Below are positions 13,559-25,065 of a stretch of DNA of 64,000 nucleotides, one piece after another. The notes beneath the pieces were generated by a model. It searched no databases. It was not told the origin of the DNA and saw only the letters and a program-made list of their open reading frames with translations. This stretch comes from Octopus sinensis (taxonomy: Eukaryota), in assembly GCF_006345805.1 (NCBI RefSeq), contig NC_043004.1, positions 30,070,001 to 30,134,000 of the forward strand, read 5' to 3'. How positions within the stretch are numbered: the stretch's first letter is position 1; each line of letters begins with the position of its first letter. A program made the position numbers and the translations under genes.

Positions 13559-13932
13559 TCATCGAGGAAAGGAGGGATCGGCTGCTGGGATTTATAGGCT
13601 GCCGGGTTCAAAATTGAAACTGGTACCTCCCATTACCTTTCACTGTACATAACTGTTTAAAATAAAGAATTAATAATAAAAAAACAGAAATGAAAAGAAA
13701 ACATACGCACTAAAAGTTCTCGTGATAAAGGCAAAAGTAAGCCAAGGTTTCGTTTCAAGGCAAAGTAAGCCAAGTTTTCGTTCAAGTGACATAAAATTTT
13801 AATTTTGTAATTTTTTAAATTTCATTCGAACTCGCATAGCATTTTTGTAACTGTTTTGTCCTGTAATGTATCCATTCTATGTTAGATCTATTGATCATAA
13901 TAAAGAAAATTTCATCGCTACCTGGTGGTTAC

Positions 13933-13975
13933 CGCCCGTTGACGAGGGACAACAATCCCGAAACTAGTTCGAGCG
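13933..13975 (+). ncRNA. Minimal type I hammerhead ribozyme motif (copy 2)
   Basis: CGCCCG-TTGACGA-GGGA(CAACAA)TCCC-GAAA-CTAG-TT-CGAGCG; differs from copy 1 by one base in loop II. Confidence 0.75.
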
Positions 13976-14637
13976 TATCACTCAGGCTTGCGAGGAAGGG
14001 ATGGCCTCCCTTTGCAAATACTCCAAGAACACAGATATTGTGTCTAAAGCCAGCTTGAAACGAAGATCTCTTGGGGCTATAAAGCTACAGTAACACCCCC
14101 TCCCCTATGTGGTTAGCCATGATAGGATGGCTTCTATACTTTACATTGTATTTAAATATTCTAATAAAATAAGGGTATTCAAAAAACAAAAAAACAAAAA
14201 AAAATAATAAAATGTTTCTTGATTTAAAGACTATAGTTCCTTCGTTCTCTTGTCTCATTATCGCTTTTTGATCATAGATAATTAAAGAAATTCAATAAAA
14301 AATATTTAATGAAATCGATAAAGAACAGTAAAAATTGAATCATACTATATTTATATGGTCGGAATAGTTAATGATGCTGTATCGGGGATTCTGACCCCAA
14401 ACGATTGATATTCGGTTAGACATCACGAACGAGTCACCGCAGTTTTACGTGATTGATCTATTAATCGACCAATCAACGTGAAGCTGTGGCGTGATGTGGT
14501 CTTCTTGAACGTTCTAAAATTTAATCTCTTGCCCTTATTAAAAACATCTTTTTGGCGCTTAACTCGGCCCAAACAGACCGCTGATGTCATGGACTACCTT
14601 GGCCGTTTGTCAGATGACTCGTTTCTCAGAGAGACCG

Positions 14638-15103
14638 ATTCTGAACCCCTATCTTGTTCAGAACATTGACCTCCTGGAATCTGTTCAGAGACGTGCAACC
14701 AAACGCATACCCTCCATCAGACACCCACCATATTCTGAGCGCCTTGTTTCCCTGGGCATGGATTCACAGAAGCTCCGGCGTCTGGCGACGGACTTGGTAA
14801 ACGCTCACAAAGTTGTCAACCACCTCACCAATAACAACACTGAACACCTTTTTGATCTCCACGTGTCTAACACACGTGGACATGCCTACAAAGTCGGAAA
14901 ACAACACAGCTCCCATGACTTTCGGAAACATTTTTTCACGCTCAGAGTTGCTGAAGCATGGAATAAACTGCCTGCGTCAGTTGTTGACTGCCATGACACT
15001 GCATCCTTTAAGGCCCTCATGCTTTCCGAAATCCGTCGAAACTACACCTGATTATATATGCACTTTAGATGAGTTGTAGTGCACCTGAGCACTGTACACA
15101 ATG

Positions 15104-15135
<32 letters not shown>
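14638..15135 (+). mobile_element. 5'-truncated CR1-clade LINE 3' end with (TTA)n tail
   Basis: ORF 14584-15051 contains NPYLVQNIDLLESVQRRATK...NTRGHAYK...FFTLRVAEAWNKLP, typical of the CR1 ORF2 C-terminus; (TTA)n at ~15105-15135. Confidence 0.88.
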
Positions 15136-16924
15136 GATATCCCATTCTACGAACGCGCCACATTTTCTCTATACCCCCAGTTGGCAGTTATTTATATTCT
15201 TTATTATAAATAGTCAAAACCAAATATTCATTATGTCCAGCAATAAATATTTGAGTTAAATGTCCGTTAGTTTGCTTCAGTTATTATTCATGCAGCCAGC
15301 ACAACATTTCATACGTATATCACAACAATGATAATTAAGCCATCGCCTTCGACAATGGCGACTCCGACGTTTGAAGTAAATCATCATTGATCAGCTCAAC
15401 ACAAGCAACAAACAAACCACGCGACAATGTCTTGCTCTGACTCTCAACATTCCGAGTTCAGATCCCACCTTATCTCTGGCAAACTTAATTCATCACCCGA
15501 CTTAGTAGTACCAGTGTGTCGCAAGTATTCGGGTTAGGTTTCCGGTTCGAAGATACTTTCCTACCTACCTCCCTTTTGGCGAAGGTCTTTCAAAGGGTTG
15601 TAATTACTCCCTTCCCTCTTGACCAAACGATAAAAATAAAATAAATTACCATTTCATGAAATGGTAGAATCGGTAGAGCGATGACATTTGAGTTATGTAT
15701 TTTTATGTTGTGAGTTCAAATTTTTTCTGTAGTTGTCAACTTAATGTTTCATTTTAAAAGAGTGGGAGGAGATCAATAGAATAAAGTGTCAATCAAGAAA
15801 ATGGTGGAGAGTCGATTAAATACACTCCGTCCCCAGAAATAGTTGAGCGGGTGCTGACACATTCAATATTAAGTAACTGTATCCCAGTGTTTTACTAATA
15901 AAAATGATGCCCGTATCCAGGAAAAACCCTATCAGATTAATGATTAAAGACAAGAAAGACAACTTGCACTGTAATTCTGAAGATAAAATGATGGCGGCTT
16001 GCTATCAGAAGTGTGTTTTATGTACGGTAAAAAGGATGGCAACTCCAGATATGATTCTGTCGTATAAAACATCGGTGAAGAAGTTTTTCCAGAAGTTAAC
16101 AGACCATCGATGACTGGGAGATATAAAGATTTTGACAGGCATAACAATAAGACGTCATAAAACAAAAAGAACTAGAAGAAATTACTAGGGATGCCATCTG
16201 CAGAAAAAATACATTGTTAAGTAGAGCCTAACATAATATAGTGGTCACCCTCATCAAATTATTGAATTCAAATTGTTTCCTAGTGAAGAAAAAAACTAAC
16301 TAGATTTTGATCATAAACGGCTGAGGACTAGTGCATTGCCGTATTTATGCTTTTTTTTTAAGGTTCTGAGTTCAAATCTCACCAGGATTGACTTCACCTT
16401 TCATTTGACAATGTTGTGCGTTTGTATGGATACACACACATACACATATATATGTATTCATACATACGTACACACGTAGGTATGCATATGTGATCAGTTG
16501 TACTCCTTAGTAAAAAAAAAGAGCAAAACGAAAAGCAAAGAACATTCAACTATAGTGTGGGTAAATAACAGAGCAGGCATCGGCAACCTGTTTTGAATAG
16601 TGGGCCGCATGAGGTATGGCTCATCATATGGCGGACTACACTACTAAAAATCCATTATGATTTTTTGTTGTTGCGAGTACCTTCAGCCATGTTCACAATA
16701 GAAGACTTCACCTCACACGTAAGTATCTGTCTTAGAAATGAAGAGAAATTGTTTTTTTTCTTTGGAGAAAAAATTTGTCTATAATAATAAAAAAAATTAA
16801 ATCTTTGTATATTATCACTGAAGATGAACGTGTGATGGATGAATGCACGCTGTTGCCATGATACATCACAGAGTAATTAAAAGAAAAAAATGAATACTTG
16901 ATACTCAGATTATGATATTAAGAT

Positions 16925-17046
16925 ATTTTGATACACGGATTATGAAACTATTCAATATTTTTCTTCAATACATGCATCAATCGGATACGATTGATACATG
17001 TATTGAAAAAAAATATTGAATATTTTCATAATCCGTGTATCAAAAT
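16925..17046. repeat. 122-bp imperfect palindrome (~59-bp arms, 4-nt loop)
   Basis: ATTTTGATACACGGATTATGAAA...CATCAATCG-GATA-CGATTGATAC...TTTCATAATCCGTGTATCAAAAT. Confidence 0.85.
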
Positions 17047-17974
17047 TTTATTAATTTTTTTCAAATTGCAACTGCACATTTAACAATCTCACCACTCAAT
17101 ATTTTCTTTGGTCACTTTTAAATGGAAAGAAGCCATTAAAAAGTAGTAAGATTTGTTTCTAATTTATTCATTTAACCATATGAAAAGTAATTTAAAAAAA
17201 AAAATATTGCTTTTCCAGGTAATGAGAAAAATAGAAACGTTTCCCGTTTTCAAAGCGAAACCTGTTTATATTCGTATGCTTTTCCTTAGTGAAAAAATCG
17301 CCAGTGGTCTAAAACGCTGAAAACGTTACCTTCAGCGAAAGGTAACATAATTCAAGAAACATTGTACTTAATCTTAGTTAAGTCGACATTGTTTTAACTA
17401 CAGCACTAGGAAAATGGTAATCTGATTAAAGGGAAGCAATTTCAAAAAAAAAAAAAAAATGAAAATAAAATTAACGTGACTTGACGAGGTTGAGTGGATC
17501 ATAAGGATACAAAATGTTGTGTGTGTGTGTAGGGGGGGGGGGGGCAGTAAACTACTACAATATTTAATACCACTGCCTGACGAAATACAGGCCAAGATAT
17601 CGTATTTATCATTTGTTATTGACATAAATAGAAATAATTTACTCAGAAAGTTTAATGACAAACTTGGAGTTGTACTTTTTTTTATATATAACTTTTTGCG
17701 ATGTTGCAACTCGTAAAATGTCTTCGAGATAAATATTTAACAATCTTGGCCTAGTTTTTGACTTGATTGTTTTCATTCTAGAAATCTAGTGTGCACTTTT
17801 TTTTTTTTCAAATAATTTAACTTTGCGGCAAATACCATTAATGTATCCAGATTCCTTGTCAGTCCTGAGTTGATTCTCCCTAATTTGAAGAATATTTGAA
17901 TGGGTATTGATAGTTATGAAAAATGCGAGGTCACAAATCCAGTTATCACCCTTCTGCTCGAAGATAAATATACC

Positions 17975-18110
17975 CAATTGCGTAGCTGGGGGCCGGTTGG
18001 GGCGGTTCGCTCCGGGCGGTACTTTTAAAGGGGCGGCACTTTTGGGTATGCTGTAGGCAATATGGGTTTTTTTGTGAGGTTCGGGGACGGCAAACGGAAG
18101 GGCTGCTCCG
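17975..18110. mobile_element. Possible hAT-type MITE terminus
   Basis: GC-rich CAATTGCGTAGCTGGGGG...GGGCGGTACTTTTAAAGGGGCGGC resembles CAGTGGCGTAGC-type hAT MITE ends; no partner TIR found. Confidence 0.3.
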
Positions 18111-18192
18111 AACGGCACACACTCTAGCTATGCTAGTGAATACGCCCTTCATTTCCAAGATGGTACATACTTCTTCTCTGGAACTATAAAAA

Positions 18193-18726
18193 AGTAATTT
18201 TATCGATCTAGTTTGGTGAATCCCTAGGTCATTTTATCGATCTCGTTTGCCGAACCGCTAAGTCATTTTATCGATTTCGTTTGGCGAACCGCTATGTCGA
18301 TCATGATTGTCGAAACGCTAAGTCATTTTATCAATCTAGTTTTGCGAACCGCTAAGTCAATCATATTTGTCGAAACGCTAAGTCATTTCATCGATCATGT
18401 TTGGTGAACCCCTAGGTCATTTTATCGATCTCGTTTGCCGAACCGCTATGTCGATCATGATTGTCGAAGTTCTAAGTCATTTTATTAATCTCGTTTGCCG
18501 AACCGCTAAGTCATTTTATCGATCTTGTTAAACGAACCGCCAAGTAATTTTATCAATCATATTTGGCGAACCGCTAGGTCATTTTATCCATCTCGTTTGT
18601 CGAACCGCTAAGTCATTTTATCGATCTAGTTTGTCGAACCGCTAAGTCATTTTATCGATCTAGTTTGGCGAACCACTAAGTCATTTTATCGATCATGTTT
18701 GGCGAACCGCTAATTCATTTTATCGA
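18193..18726. repeat. 34-bp minisatellite, 16 units plus a partial unit; three units are 26-bp variants
   Basis: Consensus GTCATTTTATCGATCTAGTTTGGCGAACCGCTAA; short units GTCGATCATGATTGTCGAAACGCTAA. Confidence 0.95.
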
Positions 18727-19239
18727 AGTTGATGGAAAAAGCTGGTTTGAGTAAGGCTACGTGTATAGATAAAGGAAGAAATAGAAAAACCAGGAGGATA
18801 AAGTACGACGATTTATTCAGCCCGTTAAAGAGCATTAACACGGCAAAGCTGTTGAGATATATATTGAAGGAGTGGTCAGAATATATATAAATGGTACATA
18901 ATGATGATGTTTGCTGGATGGAACAGGAAAAACAAATACGAGACATAACTTCTGCTGGAGGACAGGAACAACTTACGCGTCAAAGGATGGCTGAGGCTGC
19001 CTACGGAATAAAGCTTGCTTTCTGCCGAAGATCCTAACTCGATCGTGCAAACCCACCTCACTGAAGAAATAGGGGCAAAAGTTTCCTTAAGTAGCTGATG
19101 GTGGTATGCTTCGCGGGCCTGTCACGTGATGGAGAGGACATCCCGCGTAAAGTTTGAGACACTTGACCATCACGTGACGATCCAAAATATGGGTACTTAA
19201 AGGTAAAGAGCCAAACTGTAAACATGCGTCTGCTACATG

Positions 19240-19410
19240 TTGTACCTTAGAATAATTCGACCTTTCTGTAGTAATTCGGTTTCTCTGCACATTGTATCGT
19301 CTTTTCGAAAATTGATATGGTTTGCACGTATAATAAGATTCCGATTGAACCTGCTGATGTTCACAAAGCTATTATTACTACTCTCTTTGGACTTTTAGAA
19401 ACATTAAACC
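19240..19410 (+). mobile_element. Degenerate Gypsy RT fragment
   Basis: Conceptual translations IRPFCSNSVSLHIV and IDMVCTYNKIPIEPADVHKAIITTLFGL match Gypsy RT motifs [13 protein letters not shown] and LDLVRAYHQIP...KTAITTPFGL. Confidence 0.6.
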
Positions 19411-21394
19411 TTTCTCTTTTTTTTCTCTTGCATGTGCTTAGCATTTTAGCGCAAATTTTGCATTCATGAGGTCTCTGAATATGGACATTTCGTTTTATTT
19501 GCATTCATTTTCCGCTACATGCCTTTTGCTGTTGTGGTTTGAATTTTAATTCTTTGTCTTGGTTGCTGTATTGACACTTTGCTTTTTCAAATTTAGGCTT
19601 TATTCACGTACACTCGGAAGTTGTTTTTTTTTTACCCCGTGTACGTTATTTTTCGTACTCGTTTATTTGCGTGCTTTATTCATGTTGACAGCATTTCCGC
19701 TATGCATTTTCATTGTAGATTATAGTGGAACGTCGAAAAATCATGCCAACAGTGTTTAATTTTCTGCAGATACCTTTCTCATGATGTTTCATTCTAGGCC
19801 TGCGTTTGATTTCTGTGCCTACCTTCCAAGGTGTCTTTTCATTGCCAGTTTACGCTAACAAATTTTGGCATGAATATATCCGTTTGAAGGTATTTAACCT
19901 TTCCAGCACATTTTGGTTTCAAACATGAATGCATTCTTCACATTTTTAAAATTATCATTTTCGTTCCCTTGTCTCCCGACAAACTGACTGGCAGGAAAGC
20001 ACGTGTAACAGAACTCAGAATCCGAAACCCAGTGAATTCAGTAACGAGAAGAGGCCACAGCATATCAAGTTTCCATAACTGGCAACAACGTTCTTACCAG
20101 ATGATTTCGTCACATATTTCAGCCAAACGTTCTGGCGTAATTGTGTGGTGTCAAGATTAATGAAAAATTCTAAATTTGATAAACGTAGCTCCCATCAAAC
20201 TTCAGCCAATCCGGGCATAGAAGTTCAACCACTTCCAAAGACATTCTTTTAAAAATACCCCATGGACACAATATTTTGAATGTTCAGTAACTTTTTCGCC
20301 AGCAACACAGATTGCATGAAGAATTTCTTTGAGTTCTGTCTGGTTTTTAGAAGAAAGAAAAAACATATTTAGACCATCTACCTGTTTTTTGAGGACTTTA
20401 ATATAGTATCTCGAATATTTTGAAGCGTAATACCGTTTAACATTTAATTCTTTAAAAGTGAAGATAAATTCAAAGGATATTAAACACATTTATGTGTGTT
20501 TTATTTTTTAGTTCAACAAAAAGTAATAAATTGTTTACTTTTCCTGCAATCTTCCCATTACTCCAATTATTAAACGCTGTTATTGATGTATTGTTCAATT
20601 TCTGTTCCCACCGCTTATAACGACCTGTTGCAATAATTCAGTGACCGTACATTAAACGTGCGTCTCGCATAGCGTAGCTCTGTACACTTAAAAATTGAAA
20701 TTAAACTTTTGTAATTCGTACCAGGTAACGTAACGCGATACGCACGTGTTGTTGCAGTAACTGAATTATTGTAAGAAGTCATTACGAGTGGTGGAAACGT
20801 AAACTGAATATTAAACCAATAGTGTCCTGAAAGGCTGTTGAATGTTTGGATGGATGCAAATTGGCCCTGAGGCACGTTGAAAACTACATAGATGACTGAC
20901 TATAGCGAATATTTAAATTTTTCTGACTGGTATACCTACAACGCAACAAGCATTGATACGAGTAAGTAAGGGATGTTAGTCGGACATTTAATAGTTATTC
21001 TTTTAATACCAGCTTTATGAAACCACTCTCACATTCTCTCACTCAAACCCCTTTCAGTGACAGCGTGAGAGTGTGAGTAAACAAAAGAACGAAACGAAAC
21101 AAACAAAATTTTTATAGAGGTTATTTTCCTCATAAAATTAGGTGCACTATTCAGAAAGCCAAGCAGACCGTAGTTTGCCTATGATTGGTTTACCTTGTTT
21201 ACATAAGTAGAAGTACATTATAAAGTATTGGTCCAAGCCGCCTTAATGCCCTTTCCCCGCCACCATTACTTCCAACAAACTTCTGTTCATCCTTTCATCC
21301 TTCTAATATTTCTTGCCTCATTCCTTTTTTACACATCCTCTGCCTTTCTATCCCTCTCTATCCTCCCTCTTCCCTCCCGCCATCTGTTTCTTAC

Positions 21395-24300
21395 TTCTCT
21401 AGTCGGAAACAAGGGTACCTCTTAAATGACATAAAATCATACAAGTTAGAAATCATAGCCATAAGTGAGACCAGACTCCACAATCCGCGGGCCCTAAAGA
21501 CCATGTTTGGCGGATAGTTCAACATTTATTTTCCCCCCTGTCTGCCAAGAATGGGCGGTAGTGGCACCGCGGTACTTTTTCGCGAGAGTCTGGATCTCAA
21601 AGTAAAGACAATATTCGTAGACCCGGAGGGTAGACTGGTCGTCCTGGATGTCGATGGCACCAATGGGTGCGCTTTTCGACTCGTATCAGTCTACGCACCG
21701 CCCTTAACAGGTCGGGCGGATTTCTTTCAACGTCTAGAAGTATTCTTGGGAACGTCTCGTCCTTACCTCTTAGTGGGGGATTGGAATGCTACTTTGTACA
21801 CGCATGTAGACTACGTGGGCAGAGATAGGAATAGACGGGGATACAAATGCCTCAGAGACCTGCTCAGACGCTTTCAACTGTCCGACAGGTTCCGAATGCG
21901 CCAACGTGGACATGGAGCAAACCGCATCGGGTCGTCGAGATCGTACCTAGATAGGATACTGTGTAGGACAGTAGATTGAGATAGCATAGGATGTCCACAA
22001 TTTCACATAGTCAGCTACACGGATCACAAACTTGTGACATGTACGCTAGACTTAGGTAAGACACATAGGCAGGGTCCCGGATACTGGAAACTAAACGCGT
22101 CTTTCCCATCGAGACAGGTTTTCAGAGACCGGATTAGCACACTAGCAAAGAGGGCTTTGACGTGAGCCATCGTCAACAACAAATGGTGGTTTGCCCTCAA
22201 GAGAGCAGTAAAAGCAGAAGCGATTAGGTACAGCAAGCACTAGCCATAGAAATAAAGTAAAGGGTGAGCTAGTTAAGAAGCTAGAAGAGGCAATTAGAAG
22301 CGGCATCGCATCCGACGTTTTGGCGGCGCGGTTGGCCCTCGACCAACACTTCAACGCCAAATACGAAGGGTGTGTTGTCAGAGCTACGATGCGTGCTCTA
22401 AGGTGTTAGAGCCGCGAGAGAGGCCCGGGTGGCAGAGGCGCAACAGGGTAACAATGCCACCATTCGGTCTCTGGTAGATGAACAGGGCGTGAATTGCTCG
22501 AGCCAAGTAAAATGTGTGAGGCCTTTCAACAGCATTTTGCCCGACTGTTGGGGACGAGTGGTGGGCAAGAACGTAGGGTGGACTTCAGTGCCTACCTACA
22601 CAGCCTACCATGACTCTCGACAAGAGAGGCAGGGCGCTGCGAAGGTGCCACCACAGCGGCGGAAGTGCAGGACGCGATGGCAGAATGCTCGAGGGATAAA
22701 CAGACTTGTTTGGAGACGTCTTGGCAGCGGTGTACTGCAACTGGCAGCAAAACGGGAGCATTCCTGGTTTTGTGAGCCGAGGAGCCGTAACACCGCTGAA
22801 GAAAGATCTAAACAAGGGGAATGTAATAGATAACTTTAGGCCCGTCACTCTGCTTAATGCAGACTTGAAAATTTTGGCCAAGTTGTTAGCCAAGAGATTG
22901 GCGCTTGTCATCGAGAAACTGGTCGACAAGGCGCAAACGTGCGCCGTGTCGGGCCGGAGCATCCATGATAACCTCCACCTGATGCGCTACATCATAGACA
23001 GGGTAGTTAAGGAACCTGGCATGGGTGGGGCGCTGATCAATTTGGATCAATCGAAAGCTTTCGATAGAGTAGACCATCGATACTTGGAGGCTGTCCTCAG
23101 AGCGGCTGGTTTCGGTCCCGTCTTCCGCGGCTGGATAGCCGCTTTGTACACAGGCATCCGTTCGGTAATTCGCGTAAATGGACATCTATCGAGACCTTTC
23201 GACATCGCACGTTCGGTCCGTCAGGGATGCCCCCTCTCGTCGCTTCTCTACGTATTGACTCTCGGGCCATTGTTGCGGAAGCTGGCAACTCTGAGGGGCA
23301 TCCCGCGAGAACTGGGATGCGGGACGAGCGTGTCTGCATACGCAGACGACGTCACCGTCATAGTGTCTAGCCACGAGCACACCGAGCAGGTCGGCGAGAC
23401 ACTGAAAAACTACGAAGCGGTGACAGGAGCGAAAATCAACCTGGATAAATCAGCGGGCTTGCGACTCGGCACCTGGAGAAGCAAGCCCATGCCGTCCACC
23501 ACCGCCTCCGTCGTGGGACGCTGGACCGACGGTCCGGTCGAGTTGCTCGGGGTCTGGTTTGGTCCGGACCTCCAAATGGAGAAGAACTGGAACGAGATAA
23601 CGAGTAGGGTGGTCACTCTCGCCCGGCAATGAGCCGAGAGGAAACTGTCCCTAAAAGGTCGGGCGGAGGTGGCGAACTCGTACATCGCGTCCGTCATCTA
23701 CTACCATCTGACCGTTGTGCCTTGTTCCGACCCTACCATCACCAAACTAGAACGCATTCTCTTTCGCTTCTTGTGGAAAGGATGCGTCCCGATGGTCAGG
23801 CGATCCATTTGCTGTCAACACCCGTTAAAAGGAGGACTGGGCATGCCGTGGTTGATGATGCGCAGACACGCGCTGAGACTGCGACATCTCAGGCTCTACG
23901 TAGACGACGGTGAACAGGTGTGGTCACAATTTGTGAGGCACGCTTTCCCGCAACTTGTCTCCATGACAGAACTGCAGTCGTGGATCAAAAAGAGGCCGAG
24001 GAAGGGCGAATGGCACCGCGAGTGTCGCGTTGCTCTCAAGCAACTCTGCCGTCCCGGGTCGACTTTAAGTGACTCCAACACACCCCAAGCATTCTGTAGG
24101 AGATTAGTGGAGGGGAGGTACGACGACGAGCTCAGGGCGAACCTGGACGTCGACAAGGAATACCTAACACGCCTGTTCAGGACGACTTTCGGGCCAGGGC
24201 CCATGGACAACTTCCAGAGTTCCCTGGCCTGGCAGTGCTACCGAGAAGCACTACCCGTTTGGGATAAGCTCTACAGACATGGCTCGAGAAACACGGGGCC

Positions 24301-25065
24301 GACCTGCCCGAGATGCGGTCAGAGCGACGAAACCGTTCTGCACGCACTCGTGCAGTGTCCAACAATTTCCGACCTGTGGGCTTATGTCGAACAACTGCTG
24401 TCACGTGTGGGACGAGTCGGTTTATCAGCCGAGTCTATCGTCAATATTGTCACACCTCCTTCCTTCAAACGGGAAGGAAGAGCTGTTTTCATCATCCTTG
24501 TGGCTATGGCGAAAGAATGTATCTGGTGGACGCGTCTGAAAGGATTGGAAACAAACACTTTCCTCTCTGGTCAATCTCTCATCAACTTCTTCAAGTATCA
24601 CTTGAAAAGGAAAGTGAGAGTAGAGAGGCAAGTTTTGTCTAGCGAATGTTTTAAAAAATGATGGGTGAATGTAGCAAGGACGGCACGTATGAATGACGAA
24701 GCCACCTTGAGCATAATCCTATGAACCTGGAAATTTAAAACAGAGGGTTACCCACCACTTGCAAACAAATGTGGTAACATGTAACAATATTGACCGAGGT
24801 TACCGTGGTCTTTTCCGTATGCTTTTCTTCCCACGGATAAACCTTATCTGCTTCCCCCTTTACACCTTACATCAAGACACTGTGATACACGATCCCTATT
24901 GATCGTTTTTTTTCCCCTTTTCCCCCTTTTTTCCTTTTCTTCTTCTTTCCCTTTTACGATCCCTTTTGATCGAAAACCTACCCCACTTTTTTTTTCCCAA
25001 AAAAGAAAAGCTCTACTTTGTAATCTGTCCCGTCTGTGTGCAGTCCTCAGTGGCTTATAAAGAAA
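21395..25065 (+). mobile_element. Second, 5'-truncated and decayed Tx1-like LINE (distinct family)
   Basis: APE (ISETR, VGDWN, YLDR), RT 22706-23632 (FRPVTLLN, QGCPLS, YADD), TCPRCGQSDETVLHALVQC finger; several in-frame stops; pyrimidine-rich 3' UTR ending TTATAAAGAAA; no clear TSD. Confidence 0.9.

Larger units (their letters stand above)
8384..13909 (+). mobile_element. Full-length Tx1-like (L1 clade) non-LTR retrotransposon, disrupted
   Basis: Perfect 18-bp TSD TTTCATCGCTACCTGGTG at 8366-8383 and 13910-13927; ~250-bp 5' UTR; ORF1 with CCHC knuckle; ORF2 with APE, RT and C-terminal Zn finger; 3' end ATAATAAAGAAAA. Confidence 0.95.
7816..14147. mobile_element. Hammerhead-containing 357-bp repeat element (retrozyme or Penelope pseudo-LTR type): inverted arm 7816-8194 plus direct arm 8195-14147, interrupted by Tx1-like LINE
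   Basis: Period is 357 bp in both arms. ATAATTAAATCTCAGAATGAGA occurs at 7816 and 8173; CCCCCTCCCCTATG occurs at 8195 and 14096 (minus the 5544-bp insertion). Flanking direct repeat TTGTATTTAAATAT at 7804-7817 and 14146-14159. Confidence 0.8.

Noticed and set aside
18193-18726. CRISPR-like array
   Set aside because: Units abut with no unique spacers, the context is eukaryotic, and there are no cas genes.
20083-20489. Minus-strand exon or ORF (95 aa)
   Set aside because: Splice-like sites are present but no frame stays open between them, and no domain was recognised.
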